Below are positions 48,367 through 60,897 of a stretch of 64,000 nt of DNA, piece by piece. Each line of letters begins with the position of its first letter. Position 1 is the first letter of the stretch. The position numbers and the translations under genes are program-made. This DNA is from Camelus ferus (taxonomy: Eukaryota): assembly GCF_009834535.1 (NCBI RefSeq), contig NC_045696.1:46564001-46628000 (forward strand), read 5' to 3'. Below the pieces are notes generated by a model. The model was not told the DNA's origin and ran no database searches. It worked only from the letters and a program-made list of their open reading frames with translations.

Positions 48367-48570
48367 GGGGGGAGGGTATAGCTCAAGTGGTAGAGTGCAT
48401 GCTTAGCATACACAAGGTCCACAGTTCAATTCCCAGTACCTCCTCCAAAATTAAATAAGCCTAATTACCTGCCCCACCAATAAATAAGTGAATTAATTAA
48501 TTTTAAAAAATGAACAAAAACCTACCTTCCCCCGCAAAAAAAAATTTAAAAAGATAAAAATAAAAGATAA
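48367..48570 (+). mobile_element. tRNA-Ala-derived SINE, camelid Vic-1-like
   Basis: ggggggagggtatagctcaagtggtagagtgcatgcttagcat; A box 48379-48390, B box-like agttcaattcc 48423-48433; A-rich tail; degenerate TSD aaagaatgttttt / aaggaatactttt. Confidence 0.85.
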
Positions 48571-49950
48571 AGGAATACTTTTATTCCCAACTGCCTGTGA
48601 GCTGTCAGTCTCACTGAGAAATGTCTGCTACAAGGTCGTATACCCCTAATTATGTCCATTTCTACAGACAGAAATTTTCTTTGTTGTCCATACCAGATAA
48701 GTGTGACTCAGTTTATAAATCACTTGTGGAGTGACTCCTCTCAACCCCTGCACTTCTTATCCCCGAGCTGGGGGCCTGTTTCTCAGGTAATCAGAGGCCG
48801 GATGTAGGGCTCCTTCCCAGAACAACCGGGCACCGTCACCCTGCAGGGAACCAGAGAAAGGAGCGACCAGACGGCCTGAGTTCGTTTGCACTTTCCACTT
48901 GGCTATGATTATCAGACAGAGAATATTCTCCTGAGAGGTGGCTGAGACAGAGTCTATTTCAAATGACTTCGAAAGGACAATGCTGTCATCGCATACTTAA
49001 GGAAATTGCCGGCTGTACGGAGGAAGAGAAGCGACTTTCTGCAATGTGATAGCAAAGCATAACTCTAAAATGAAAAGCAATTTAAATGTATTACTGGACA
49101 AAAACCATTAGCCCAATGAACATAAATAACCTTACTGAGGAAGGGCGCTGTTTCCAGATAACTGCTCCCTTAGTTGGGAGGAAATTTCTCTCTTACTGGA
49201 AGGCCTCTGAGTGTCATTAAAGGGGTTGCAACTGAAACATGTTATCAAGGAGTCAGATTTTTCCACTTGTGTAAACAACTCCATTGGAATTACTGTGACA
49301 TTTTTGCAGGCAGGGAAGCCAATAACAGCCGGTATAACCAGAACCAGGCAATTTTGCTTTCTGAGAGAAGGGCTGTCAACTCGATTATCTCTCTCAGATT
49401 ATCCTCACAGATGCTGCCAAATTCCTATTGACATCACCCACACCATTAACCACTCCATTAAATTCTTCGTATTGCTAATGCTGTCTTTATTTAATCAGAT
49501 TCAGCAAGAACAAAAAGAGAAAGGGCTTTAAATCTCTCGACTCAGGAAAGATGCGGAGCTCAAAGCCCCCGACACTGCCTTAGGCTGGGCCGTGCATCCG
49601 GGTGGGTAGAAGGTGGCATGCAGGTCCCCGTGCGTGGATGATGTGGTTGGGGTTATCCTCGGTGCAGAGTTACCATCATGGTCCCTTTACTACAGCGGTG
49701 ACACCTGGAAGAGTTTGTGCAGCTTCTTAATGTGCCCTGAGTCTCCAGGGGAGCAGTCCCCTCCCGAGAAGCTGAGACTAGAGTAAGATGGAGATCAGTA
49801 ACCCCCAGTAAGTGGGCTAACTCACAATTGAGTCAAAATGCAGAATGTCAGTTCACAAGGAGAGCACCTCACTTGTTTGTTTTCCTATTGTTGTGTGTGT
49901 GTGTTTTTGTATTTTGTTTTTGTCAAAGGAGGAGAGGGCAATCACCTTGG

Positions 49951-50101
49951 AGAAAGAAAGAGAAAGAAAGAAAAAGAAGGAAGGAAGGAAGGAAGAAAGG
50001 AAGGAAGGAAGGAAGGAAGGAAGGAAGGAAGGAAGGAAGGAAAGAAGGAAGGAAGGAAGGAAGGAAGGAAGGAAGGAAGGAAGGAAGGAAGGAAGGAAGG
50101 A
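49951..50101. repeat. (GAAA)n/(GGAA)n microsatellite, about 150 bp pure purine
   Basis: Directly visible; about 30 GAAG units with two GAAA interruptions. Confidence 0.98.
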
Positions 50102-50208
50102 AAAAGCATTTTAAAATCTCTTGTCTCCGAGTAGCTGCTCCCCATTGGCCCCCGGACCACAGGCAGCCCTTGGATGCAGGCTGAGAGCTGGTGGACAGAA
50201 TCACCCCA

Positions 50209-50678
50209 CGTAGGGGAGGAGACTTCTCCTTCCTTCCCTCTAGGTTCTTCGACTGGCCTAATAATTAAAATGACATAAGACAGATTAATAGGAGAAAAAC
50301 AAATTTAATTTTGTACATATGGGAGCTCATTAAAAAATATGAAACTCAAAAAAGTGACCAAAGCAGGCAGCTTTTATACCTTTTAGACAAAAAACCAATA
50401 AATTTGTGAAAAATTGTTTGGGCTTGGGGTAATAAATTAGTGAAGAAGTAACCAGGTGTGTTTATACAGCCTTCTCAGCCCTGACTTTCCTATCTCTGGT
50501 GATGAGGATGTCTGTCTTCCTCCTGGTGCCTTTCACATGGGACACGTATTTCTTGCTTTCGGTGGGGATAAAGGAGGGTCAGAGTGTCCTTCTTGTACTG
50601 GCTGTTTCTTAACTTTAATTCAAAATAAGCAATATGTGAAAGTGGCACGTTCTGCGGCGGCCTGCTCTGAGCCCCTCA
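50209..50678 (-). mobile_element. Solo LTR, ERV1-like (MER34-group-like), 470 bp
   Basis: (c/t)gtagggg...gagcccctca termini with near-TSD CCCA/CCCG; internal gacataagacagattaataggagaaaa and ttcaaaataagcaatatg motifs. Strand and subfamily tentative. Confidence 0.7.
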
Positions 50679-51094
50679 CCCGTTGAAGGATTGGGATGAC
50701 GATGCTAGAAGTAGGATCTCTGAAAACCAGGATCCTCTTCAGTGTAAATCTTCAGCTCCGCCCAAGTAGAAAACAGACACGTCCAGGCATCAGATAGGCA
50801 AGCTGGGGGCGTGGGAGTGACTCTGTACAGCCCTGCAGCACCTGGCAAGCACAGTGCCAACACACAACAGGAAACTAAAAAATCCCAATGATTGAGGCAA
50901 ACTTTTTTCCCCTTTCTACACTGAACCCCTCTGTGACCAGAATCAAATCTCCTCACCTCTTTGTTTCCATTTCTCTCATGTGGCCATTACAATATGGACT
51001 TCCAGAGGTCATTTTGTGGATGCAATGAGATACTACATCTGAGTGAGTTCTGTAAACTCGAAAATGCTATAATGCTTAAACAGTTGGAAAGCTT

Positions 51095-52225
51095 TAAGAG
51101 AATAAAAAAGCATCCCATAGACTGTGAGAAAATATGCACAAACACATATCTGATAAAAGATATAAACTATAGCAAAGATCTCTTAAAACTCAACAATAAG
51201 TAAACAACCCAATTAAAAATGGGCAAAAGATCTCAAGAGACATCACATAAGAGATGCTACAGGGTATACAGATGGCAAATAAGCATATAAAATGATGCTC
51301 GATATCTTATGTCATTAAGGACTACAAATTAACACAACAATGAGATACCACTTAGATTCCTATTAGAATAATCAAAACCCAAAATACTGACAACACCAAA
51401 TGCTGATAAGGATGTTGAGCAACTGGAACTCTCCTTCACTGTTGGTGTGAATACAGAATGTGTACAGCCACTTTGGACGGTTTGGCAGTTTCTTACAAAG
51501 CTAAAAACAGGCTTAACACATGATCCAACAGTTGTCCCCCTTTGGTATTTGCTAAATACATTGAAAAACCTGCACATGAATGTTTATAGAAGCTAAACAA
51601 AGAAACAAATCATTGTCAAAAACTGGAAGCACCTAAGTTGTCCTTCAACTGGCAAATGGATAAATAAACTGTGGTACATTCATACAATGGAATATTATTC
51701 AGTGATAGGAAATGAGTTATCAAGTCATGAAAAGATATGGGGGAACTTAAGTGCATATTACTTAGTGAAGGAAGCCAATCTGAAAAGGCTACATACTGTA
51801 TGATTCCAACTATGTGACATTATATAAAAAAATAAAACTATGGAGACAATAAAAAGATCAGTGGTTGGGGATGGGTAAACAGGTGAAGCACAGGGAATAT
51901 TTAGGTAGTGAAACTCTTCTGTGTGATGCTGTAATGGTGGATACACGACGTTATGAGCTTGTTAAAATCTGAAGAATGTGTACCACAAAAAGGGAACTCT
52001 CACGTAGATGATGAATTTTAGTGAATACGTCAATATTGGTTCATCAGTCATAACACAGTCACCACACTGATTCAAAATGTTGATGGGGACACTGGTGGGG
52101 GCTGTGCAGAGGGGCTGGGAGAGTAAGCGGGGATACGGGTATTCTCTGTGCTTTTGGCTCAATTTTTCTGTAAACCTAAATCCAGTATAAATAATAAAGT
52201 CTGTTAATCAAACAAAAAATCAAAA
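51095..52225 (+). mobile_element. L1 3' fragment (L1MC-like)
   Basis: ORF2 C-terminal relic (cccatagactgtgagaaaatat; caacaccaaatgctgataaggatgttgagcaactggaactc) and 3' end tttttctgtaaacctaaa...aataaagtctgttaa plus A tail. Confidence 0.92.
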
Positions 52226-52757
52226 AGTTTCCTCATGTGTGTACTTCTCAAATATCTCCAAAGAGGAACAGTTTAGTGACTAAAAAGCCATGTTAATTTT
52301 CTCATTGACATTCTTCTGTTTAATAACATAAGTAAATTAAGTGGGGAAACTCCCCTCTCCCCTACCACACACACACACATAATTTTCCTTTTTTGGGACT
52401 CAACAAGACTAATTTTTTTTCCGTTTTGGATGGAAAAGATAAGTCATTGGTAAGCTTTTCCATTTCCTGAATAGGCCCATATACAAAAGAGATTGGTAAA
52501 TACTACATATAAATGAAAATAAAAGAAAGTTCTCCTCTGAGGGGGACAGCTATCCCATTTGACACAAATGTTTTTGCTTGGTACCAAATACAAGAGTGTT
52601 TTTAAAAAGTGTATTTATTAGAAAGTCCTGATGCCCCTCAAAGGAGAGGCAGTTGTGCCTTGTCCTGTTTGGCTAAACCACTTCGGAATTTTAGATTTGG
52701 AAAAAATGACTTACAAACTTTACCACTATTTTGTGGTAATAGACCTTCACTCTCTCA

Positions 52758-53200
52758 CTGATTCATTCATCCATCCACGCAGCAGATAACTGAGAATGGG
52801 GCCTTGAGATGTGCGTGGGAGACATCTGCTCTTGGCAGGAGGAAAGGCCTCCTTTCTGCCCTCCACAAAGTCAGTCTGTGGGGAGGCTGGGAAGACAGAA
52901 ATCTGAGAACGACAGTATAAAATACTAATCCTTTCAGTGTCTCAGGAGCACAGCGGAGAGAGCCAGGAAGGCTTCCCAGAGGAGAGGGCTAAATTAAGTC
53001 TAGAACTGGGATGAGTCATCTAAACTCTGTCCCTGACCCAGGAAGTCAGAAGGCATACTGCAGACTGCGGCATCCTTCACTGCGCACAGAGCAGGGACTA
53101 GCTTCTGTTTCATTTCTGCAGGAAGCAGGCCGTGGCATCAGGAGGAGAGAGGCATGGGTGGATTTCCCAGTGAGCACAAATGTTACAAAACTTGACAATT
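52758..53200 (-). mobile_element. L2 3' fragment
   Basis: attcattcatccatcc...gtcagtctgtggggagg...ggaaggcttcccagaggag. Confidence 0.6.
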
Positions 53201-53679
53201 TACTCCTATTTCCTTTACAATGTTTTAGGCTCTTTACAGTGTTTTCAGCTGACAATGCTGAAATCCAAATCATGTTTATTTAAGTAGATTTTTGTAATAA
53301 ACCCATTTGTGGTCTTCAGCAGTCCTAAATTAAAAGTCATAATCACTCTTTGAATTTTTGTAAGAAAAGCACTAATTCTTCTGCTGTTGAATATTCCCAT
53401 CTTGCTCTTCAGGGTCGGTTGCCCCTGGCCGTCCACACTTCCGCGCAGCTGCCCTGGTGTAATGGCTTAGGGGTAGACCCAGCGTAGGGGTAATCTGTTT
53501 GCATTACAAACTGGCCCTTGCTTGAGGCACTGGATTACCCAAGAAAAAGACTCAGGATGTTCTGAAGGCATTTTCAAAGCTAGGGCACCAAAGGAAACAT
53601 TTTTAAATAATTTGATATTTGATATTATATTAGTTAAGCCCCAGCAGGAAATAAATGGCACAGTTGAATTGGACAAATT

Positions 53680-54040
53680 TGAGTATTATTTATCAAGGAG
53701 TAGGGAAGCCACAAAAGATAGTGCAGGGTCCTCAGGCTGGTAACAGTGGGCCCTGTAAGCCCTGTTTTTCCCAAGCCTGAAGAAGGGTCTGGGTCCTGGA
53801 AGGCTGACCTGCAGCTGGAGACTCGTGGAGCTGGGTAGGGAAGGCAGGTCACAGAGCTGCAGTCAGCCCTCAGCACTACCACTTCACTCGTCTCCCGCCC
53901 TCTCACCTCCTGCTCTGTGCCCCATTAGCCAAACCCACCTGGAAACCAAGAGCAAGGGAACTTGTTGGAACAATCAGCTCATTTAAGCTCCCAGGACACA
54001 GAGCAGGACAGAGAGAAACAGGACGGCAAAGGGACGATCC
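53680..54040. mobile_element. Ancient LTR-like element, family uncertain
   Basis: ccccattagccaaacccacctggaaaccaagagcaaggga...ggacacagagcagg motif typical of old mammalian LTRs. Confidence 0.45.
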
Positions 54041-57000
54041 TTGGCTGGGGTATTTATGTGTTCATTGATTGCACCAAAATGTCTCGAATTCTTTTGTATC
54101 TTAATGTATTATTTTGAATTGTATGGTGGGAGAGAAATCATATATATTTTTTTCAAGCTCCAGACATCTTAGAGTCTCAGTTGGGCCTCCCCCTCTGGAG
54201 TGTCTGACCTGAAGGGTAAGGGTATTATATCCTGGTACTTTTCAATGAAGCTCCAGCCCAGAACATCAAAGGCTCCCAAGGAGGTAGCATATGTTTTGCT
54301 CAGCTGAGTACTCGAGGCTCTGACCTTGAGAGAAGCTGGGCTGTCAGCCTGAAAGGTAGGGAAGAGCCGTGGCCGGTCACCCGTGTGCCCTGCCACCAGC
54401 CCTCTGTGTCTGTCTGGTGATGACAGCACCCTTCAGGCCCAACCAGGGTAGAGAGATGAACAATTCAGGAGACAAGCTGTCCCTCAAGATGGAAAGATAA
54501 AACAGAACCAACATAAAGCCAATTTAGGAAAGAAAAAAAGTCAGGGTCAGTACACGGCACCCCAGTGGATTTTTCCGGGGAAGCGAGTTTGTGGTTATTT
54601 AATAACGTTGACATCTCCCAATGGATCTCAGCAGTTAAACGCAGTGGAGTACTTTCATCTGTACTCAGTACCAAAACGGAGCATTTGTATTTAAATATGT
54701 GAGTTAAACATATCTTGTGTTTGTAGAGCATTAATGCTGTTGACATTGTTCCATAGCCGCACTCTTTAGGGAGTTGGAATCTGTCTTCAATATTAGTCAA
54801 CAAACCTTAGAAAACATTTGAATAGGAATCAGGACTGTGTCAGCTCCTTAAAGGGGCCCTTGAATTGGAGAACGGGGAAGATAAACTCCACTCCGGTGGC
54901 GGGGATGGCAAGGAAGACACGGGTCGTAGAGATGATACTGGTGCGATTCCTGCTGCTGCTGATTCCCCAGTAGAAGCACCCCCCCCCCCCCCCCCCCCGG
55001 TCCCTGGACAGAGGCTCCACCTCCCGAGAGAGATGCAGCTCTTCTCCAAAGGGAAGCACTCCCGTTCCCTTCCAGTCAAGCATCTAACTTGAATTCCTGG
55101 AAAACGTCTCTAGCCTGTTGACACTGGCCTCACACACTTGACTCCACTCCCCTCTCTTGACCTGGTTCAGAAACTACATCCTATTAATGTCTTGAAAGGG
55201 AAAGTAATTCACCTACGGAGAATTCACCTGAGATACTGAGCAGGTGCCGAGGTGGCAGCGGTGCCTGAGTTGGGACCATCCTCTGTATCTGTTGTATCCC
55301 CATGCCCTTCCCCTTGTTTCAACCACAGGGACCTGACATGCCAGCCAAGGTGTGAGGCTGAAAGGGCTCCGTCCCCAGAACCAGGGAGGGGCTGGATGAA
55401 CCCTCCACGTATTTCCTGTGCTGACCGTGCAGCCCTCTGAGCTGTTTCTGTTTTAAGAGTCTGGGTGTCAAGAGTACTTAATCTAATGGGCCTCACGCAG
55501 GTTAAGAAGGAAATTAGAGCGCCAACCAACCGAGACTTTGTGTCAGGGACATGGGCCCGGCCTGGGGCCGCTGATTTGAAGGAGGGGACCAGGAAGGTGA
55601 GATCTGTGTTACCTCAAGGCTTGGAGTGACAAAGCATGATGGAAGGGAAGGTGGTGAGGGTCTGTGGTGAGGGCAGAGCGAAGCAGAGACAGAGATGAAG
55701 TTAGAACTATTAAACACCCCCAGCCCTACCTTTCCCTGCTCTCCCCAACCTTCTTCCTCCCACCTCCCCCGCCCCTCCCCCACCCAGGCCTCTTTCAGTC
55801 CCTGGGGGCAGGGGGACCTGTTCCCCAGATGTACCATTCTGTGCAGGGAGGGGAGAGAAGAGGGGATGATCTACCTGTCATTGTAATTTGAGACCTGGGG
55901 CCAGCGAGGAGGTCAGTGTGTCCCTTTGAGAATATGTGTGTGGGAGCTGTGGCTCTAGTGGGGAGGCACATGCCATTGGGATGCTAGGGCCTCCGGGATT
56001 CTTGGGGAGATGGTAAATCACTGTCAGCCCCCAGGGCCCAGAGACGTAATCTGGGCCATCATCGTATAATTCTACTCCCCAGACAGGGGGAGGAATGCTG
56101 GAGAAACGGCCCTGCCCCCCCAGCCCCCCTTTCCTTAACACTCCCCAAGGGACTCTGGCCTCACTTTCCCAGCCTTGGAAGCCCCCAGGGACCAAACAGC
56201 CAATCCTCACTCGGCTGAGAAGAACATCCACAAACTCTGCGGCCATTCCCACAGCCATTAATAACCTGACCCCCCAAACCTGGAGGAGTGACCTCATGGC
56301 TCCCCACCCCTGCCCCTCGGCAGGGCTCCACCTGCTGAGCCCCCTGCCTTCACAGCCTTCTCTCGCTGGACCGTCGTGAGCTCCAGCCGCCCGGCGGAGC
56401 CCACCCCGTCACCTTCCCGAGTTCTTCAGGTTTTTCAGGCCTCTTGGTCACGAGCTGCTACCGCTGAATCAGTGCCCGAGGCACTGCATAACAATCTCCT
56501 TCCTTGATTAGAGCATCTTAATTATGCTCTAGGAATTTGCTTAAACAGATTAATCATTTTCGAGGACAAATTTAGAAGCTGTGCTTCCTGGGGGACCTGC
56601 TCTGAATATCCCCCAGGAAATTCTGATTACACCATGCCTGTCGGGCCCTCGGCGGGACTGTGGGTGCAGCAGGGACCTGGACCCTGGTGAAAGCTGTATG
56701 CCACCCCTGAGAGCGCCTCTTCTCCCCCCCGGGCCAGCAAAGTAGGCTGTGAAGTGCAGCTAACCCCTGGTTGTGAGATGTGCCTGGAGACTGAGGACGG
56801 GGGTCCTGGCGGCCTCTCCCCCTTCTGGAGTGCCGTCTGCACTGTGGGCTCCTCGTCAGTGGATTAGTCAGTCCACTTACCTGTGGCAATCTGGACCCAC
56901 ATTGTTCGCAGCAGAAGCCTCAGCTTTAAAAAACTATGAACATTGGTGCCTCACCTCTGAATAACATAACCAGAATCTCTGAGATGGGGCGTCTGTCCTT

Positions 57001-57214
57001 TGAAAGGGCCCACCAGGTAGTTCCAAGGTACAGCCAGGCGAGAACCACAATGAAATTTGAGCACCATCAGATGCTTTTCTTCTATGCACATAAATGTGGG
57101 GAGTCAGCACCAGAGTCCTTTGAACCTAAGGACAGATCTGATACTAACAGAAAATAAAGTATGACCCGATCTACCCGTAGTTGGTGTTCACAAACCCTCA
57201 AAGCTGGGAAGATG

Positions 57215-57445
57215 GTTAAAGGCCAGGGCTTCGTATCAGACGACGTTCTACCATTTCCTAACTCTGTGACCCTGAGTAAGTTACCCAAACTCTCTGAGCC
57301 TCAGTCTTCTCGTAAAGGCTGTACCAACTTCACAGCACTGTACAGGGGTGTGGATAAAATTATACAAGTAAAGAGCTGAGGATAGAGCCTTACATTAGTA
57401 CATAGTAAGCTGTCAGTAAAAGTTAGCTACCACGATTTTCCTCAT
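57215..57445 (+). mobile_element. MIR SINE
   Basis: ctctgtgaccctgagtaagttacccaaactctctgagcctcagt...catagtaagctgtcagtaaaagttagcta. Confidence 0.8.
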
Positions 57446-57524
57446 TATTCTCCTCAACATCGCCATTTGGCTCAAGGCTAGAACAAAATGCTCATAAGAA
57501 ACCAGGTCAGTAGGCTTTTCCTAC

Positions 57525-57976
57525 TGTGTTTTCATAATTCTCCAGAGAACCAGAACCAATAGGATATTTTATTTATTTTTATATAAATATATATACTTAC
57601 ATGACAGAAATCGGCTTATGTGATTACGGAGGCCGAGAAGTCCCACGATCTGCTGTCTGCAAGCTGGAGACCAGGAAAGCTTGAGGTGTAATTCAGTCTG
57701 AGTCTGGAGGCCTGTCATCCGGAGCCCCGATGTCTGAGGGCGGGAGAAGATGGATGTCCAGGCTCTAGCACAGAGAGCAAATTTGCTCTTCCTCTGCCTT
57801 TTTGTTTTGTTCCATTCAGGCCCTCAAGGCATTCATGAGGGCAATCTACTTTTCTCAGCCTACTGAGTGCTAAACTTCCAGAATCACCCTCACCGAGCCA
57901 TCCAGAAACAATGTTTTACCAGCTATCTGGGCATCCTTTAGTCCAGTCAAGTTGACACGTAAAATTAAGCACCGCA
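57525..57976 (-). mobile_element. MLT2 (ERVL) solo LTR
   Basis: ttctccagagaaccagaaccaatagga...gaagtcccacgatctgctgtctgcaagctggaga...cagtcaagttgacacgtaaaattaa. Confidence 0.88.
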
Positions 57977-60535
57977 CCCAGCCAACAAGGCTCAGCCTGA
58001 AGCAAATCAATGACAGTTCCTTTGCCAGCACTCTCCTTATATAAGGCATAACCAGGAACTGAAATCTGTTCTTTTCTGGGTTTATAGTCATATTAGGAAC
58101 CAGATAAATCTATTATTTTCTAAGATTGGCTTTTGGAAAAAAATTTGTTTTTAATAGTTTGGAAGAGAACCAAAAAGAAACAAACTGCTGATATTCCACA
58201 GTTTTTCAGGACAGCAGAGAGAACACAGCAAGGCAGGCGGGAGAACTGGTGTGGGCCTGGAGGAGGGCACGGAGTTCTGTTCAGCCGGGTGCCCGCCAGG
58301 CCCGCGGGGGCACAGAGTGAGATAAATGAGCGGCGTCGTGCAGCCCTGAACCGTGCCGAGGAGTGTGCAACTGACTCAGGAGGCCAGGAGACTCGTTTTC
58401 TTAGGGAGGAAGGAGAGTATGGAAGGAATCTATAGACAGATCTGGAGGAGAGAAAGATTGGAAGCAGAGAAACATGTTTAAGATCAGCAACGTGTTTAAT
58501 TGAAGAAGTGGAAAAATGCAAAATATTTAGGCATTTGTTAGCGTAGTACTTAAAACATTCATATCTTTAGGGAAAAAAAGTACCAAGTTTTTAACTAAGA
58601 CATATCTTTGGCACCAGCAACTATATGTAATGTAAGACCACACTGAAAAAAAAAAGCATTTACATTTCTAGGTTGAGATAATTTTCTTTTTCCTTATGTT
58701 GCTTCTATAGAGAGTAAACTGTCCAAATAAAGATTTGACTTTCCTTTGCACGTCAATGATTTTTCCACATCTCAGTGTGGGTGATACAATGGAAAATGTT
58801 ACATTAAATGAAAGGCATAATCTCTGCCATTAAAAAAAAAATCAGATTCTAACAGGGGAGGCAAGGGAAGCCAAGTAAATGGTTCACCATATAGACAGTG
58901 CTGGCGTGGGAAGACCATACTGGGTAATAAACTGGAAATTCAGAAAGATTGTCAAAGAGCAGCATGTGGCTTCAGGGAGAGGCGGAAAGAGAACAGAAGT
59001 GCACAGAAAACAGTCTGGGCTCGAGCCTCAGTTCCACCAGTGACCAGCACTGTGAGCAGGGAGCTCATTCCTGGTTTCCAGCCTTAACTTCCTCTTCTGT
59101 AAACTGGAGCTAAAGTATTGGGGTAGAAACTCACGCTGTTCCAATCTTGTATTTACACAGCTTATTTCTTGAGTCCCTTGGAAATCTTTACTTTTATCCA
59201 GGTGCAGTTTTTCTTGGTAGCAGTTTTCAGGTGCATGAAGGGTTAGTATACTTGTGGAGGGAACAGACAGGGTCTACGCGGCCAGAGCCAGAAGTGGGGC
59301 AGACGTGGGCAATAGAAAGACAGATAAGGGGCCAGCAGGGAGACGTCATTTTCTAGCCCACAAAACAAAAATGGGATGAATCCTCTGCATCAGGAGGGGG
59401 TGGGTTTTGTGTCACTAGAGGGGTTTAGAGAGGGGCGTAGTAGAGATGATTTGAGCATCGGACGATACCTTTTCCAGACACCAAGCAGAATTTAAAACGG
59501 CACTAAATAAAATCTCATCAACATGCAACGAGAGTACGAGGAGGAGGCGGCCTTCTGTTTGAAGACTAATGAGAAGGTTTCAATTCAGGAGGCTTTTCCT
59601 GCAATGAGCTGACTTGGAATCTCATACCTATTTTTTCTTACTCTTTTCTAAGATAATTCTATTTTAAATAATTCTTAAAATACATTTTACTGGGTGTAAA
59701 TACAAAGCTTCCTTTCTTTCTGAAGGAAGTGATTTCAATGAAAATTTCCTTAACCCTACAGTGCCTGCCAAAGGTGAGCTTAAAAATCCTAAATAACTTA
59801 AAATGAAATTTATGTTGACGTCTAGGAAATATATACACACTGTAGGGAAAATTAAATAGATCTTTTATTTTTTAGTACATTTCATTACCAAGAATTTAGT
59901 AAGGGGAATTCATTGTGGACAACCTAAGCTATAAATGGACTCAGATGAGTATTTTTCCACATGCCTAGCCTCTTAAAGAACCACTCCTGAGGAGAGTTTT
60001 GAAAGAACTGTTGAAAATGATGTATTGTATTCAATCTGAATGCTTGATCAAGTGGAAGCATTCCTTGGTTTGTATTTATCTGCATGTTCTTTGAGACAAT
60101 CACTTGGAATATTTATTTCAATGGAACTTATTAGGAAAAAGGCCATATAAAATATTATGTACCTGGAATCCCAAATCCAACCATCTGGTGCAAAATATTC
60201 TCTCCAGGCAGGGCTGTCGTATAGCCGAGCATGCAGGTGAGTCCTGCGTCCCTGGCCGGTCATTCTGATCGCCTTCTTTGCATCCTGATTGGGAGGGGCC
60301 GGTTGGTGTGGCAGGACCGTGCGTAATGTTCCAACCAGGGAGATGGCCCGCCTTCTCCAGGCACTGAGTGTGACCTCAGCAAGCTACACTGACTGCTTTT
60401 CTCCCTAGAGGTGCACGTGGGGTGTAGGAGGCAGCTCCCCTAAAAATAAAAGTTTTATGTATTTTTCTGTTCCAGCAGTTTCTTCCTTTTTTAGGCTGAG
60501 AAAAGTAGATTGCCCTCATAACAGCACTACTGTCC

Positions 60536-60897
60536 CAGGGATTCTCAACCCTGGATGTGTATTTTAATCTCCGGAAGCTTTTTAAAAATACAAGTCTTGG
60601 TACCTGAAGCCATGATTCTTGAGCTTTAGCAGCAGTCATGTGGAGAACTTTTTCAGCACAGAGGGACTGGCCCCCGCCCGCCCTCAGCCCCAGCGGAATG
60701 ATTCCGCAGGTCTGCGTCAGGCCTGAAAATGTGCAACCCTGGCAAGTTCCTAGGTGGTGCTGAAGTCCCTGTCCAGGGACCACACTGAGAACTAAGACCT
60801 AGAGATCTGAAATTAATTGGTCTCAGACGGGGCCTGGGCATTTATAGCTTCAAAAGCTCCCCAGGTGATTCTAATGTGCAATTAGGGCTGAGAATTT
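60536..60897. mobile_element. MER5-family hAT-Charlie elements: MER5A-like copy (about 60610-60793) nested in a MER5A1-like copy
   Basis: cagggattctcaaccctgg...ctttttaaaaatac | gcaagttcctaggtggtgctga...gggaccacactgagaac | ttaattggtct...aaagctccccaggtgattctaatgtgca. Confidence 0.75.

Noticed and set aside
48367..48442. tRNA-Ala(AGC) gene
   Set aside because: Degenerate B box and stems, A-rich tail and TSD-like flanks mark it as a SINE head.
49828..50204. Five overlapping ORFs with RKEG or FLPS repeats
   Set aside because: Artefact of the stop-free (GGAA)n microsatellite.
55840..56400. Possible ERV internal or coding fragment in a GC-rich stretch
   Set aside because: No gag, pol or env motif recognisable in the translated frames.
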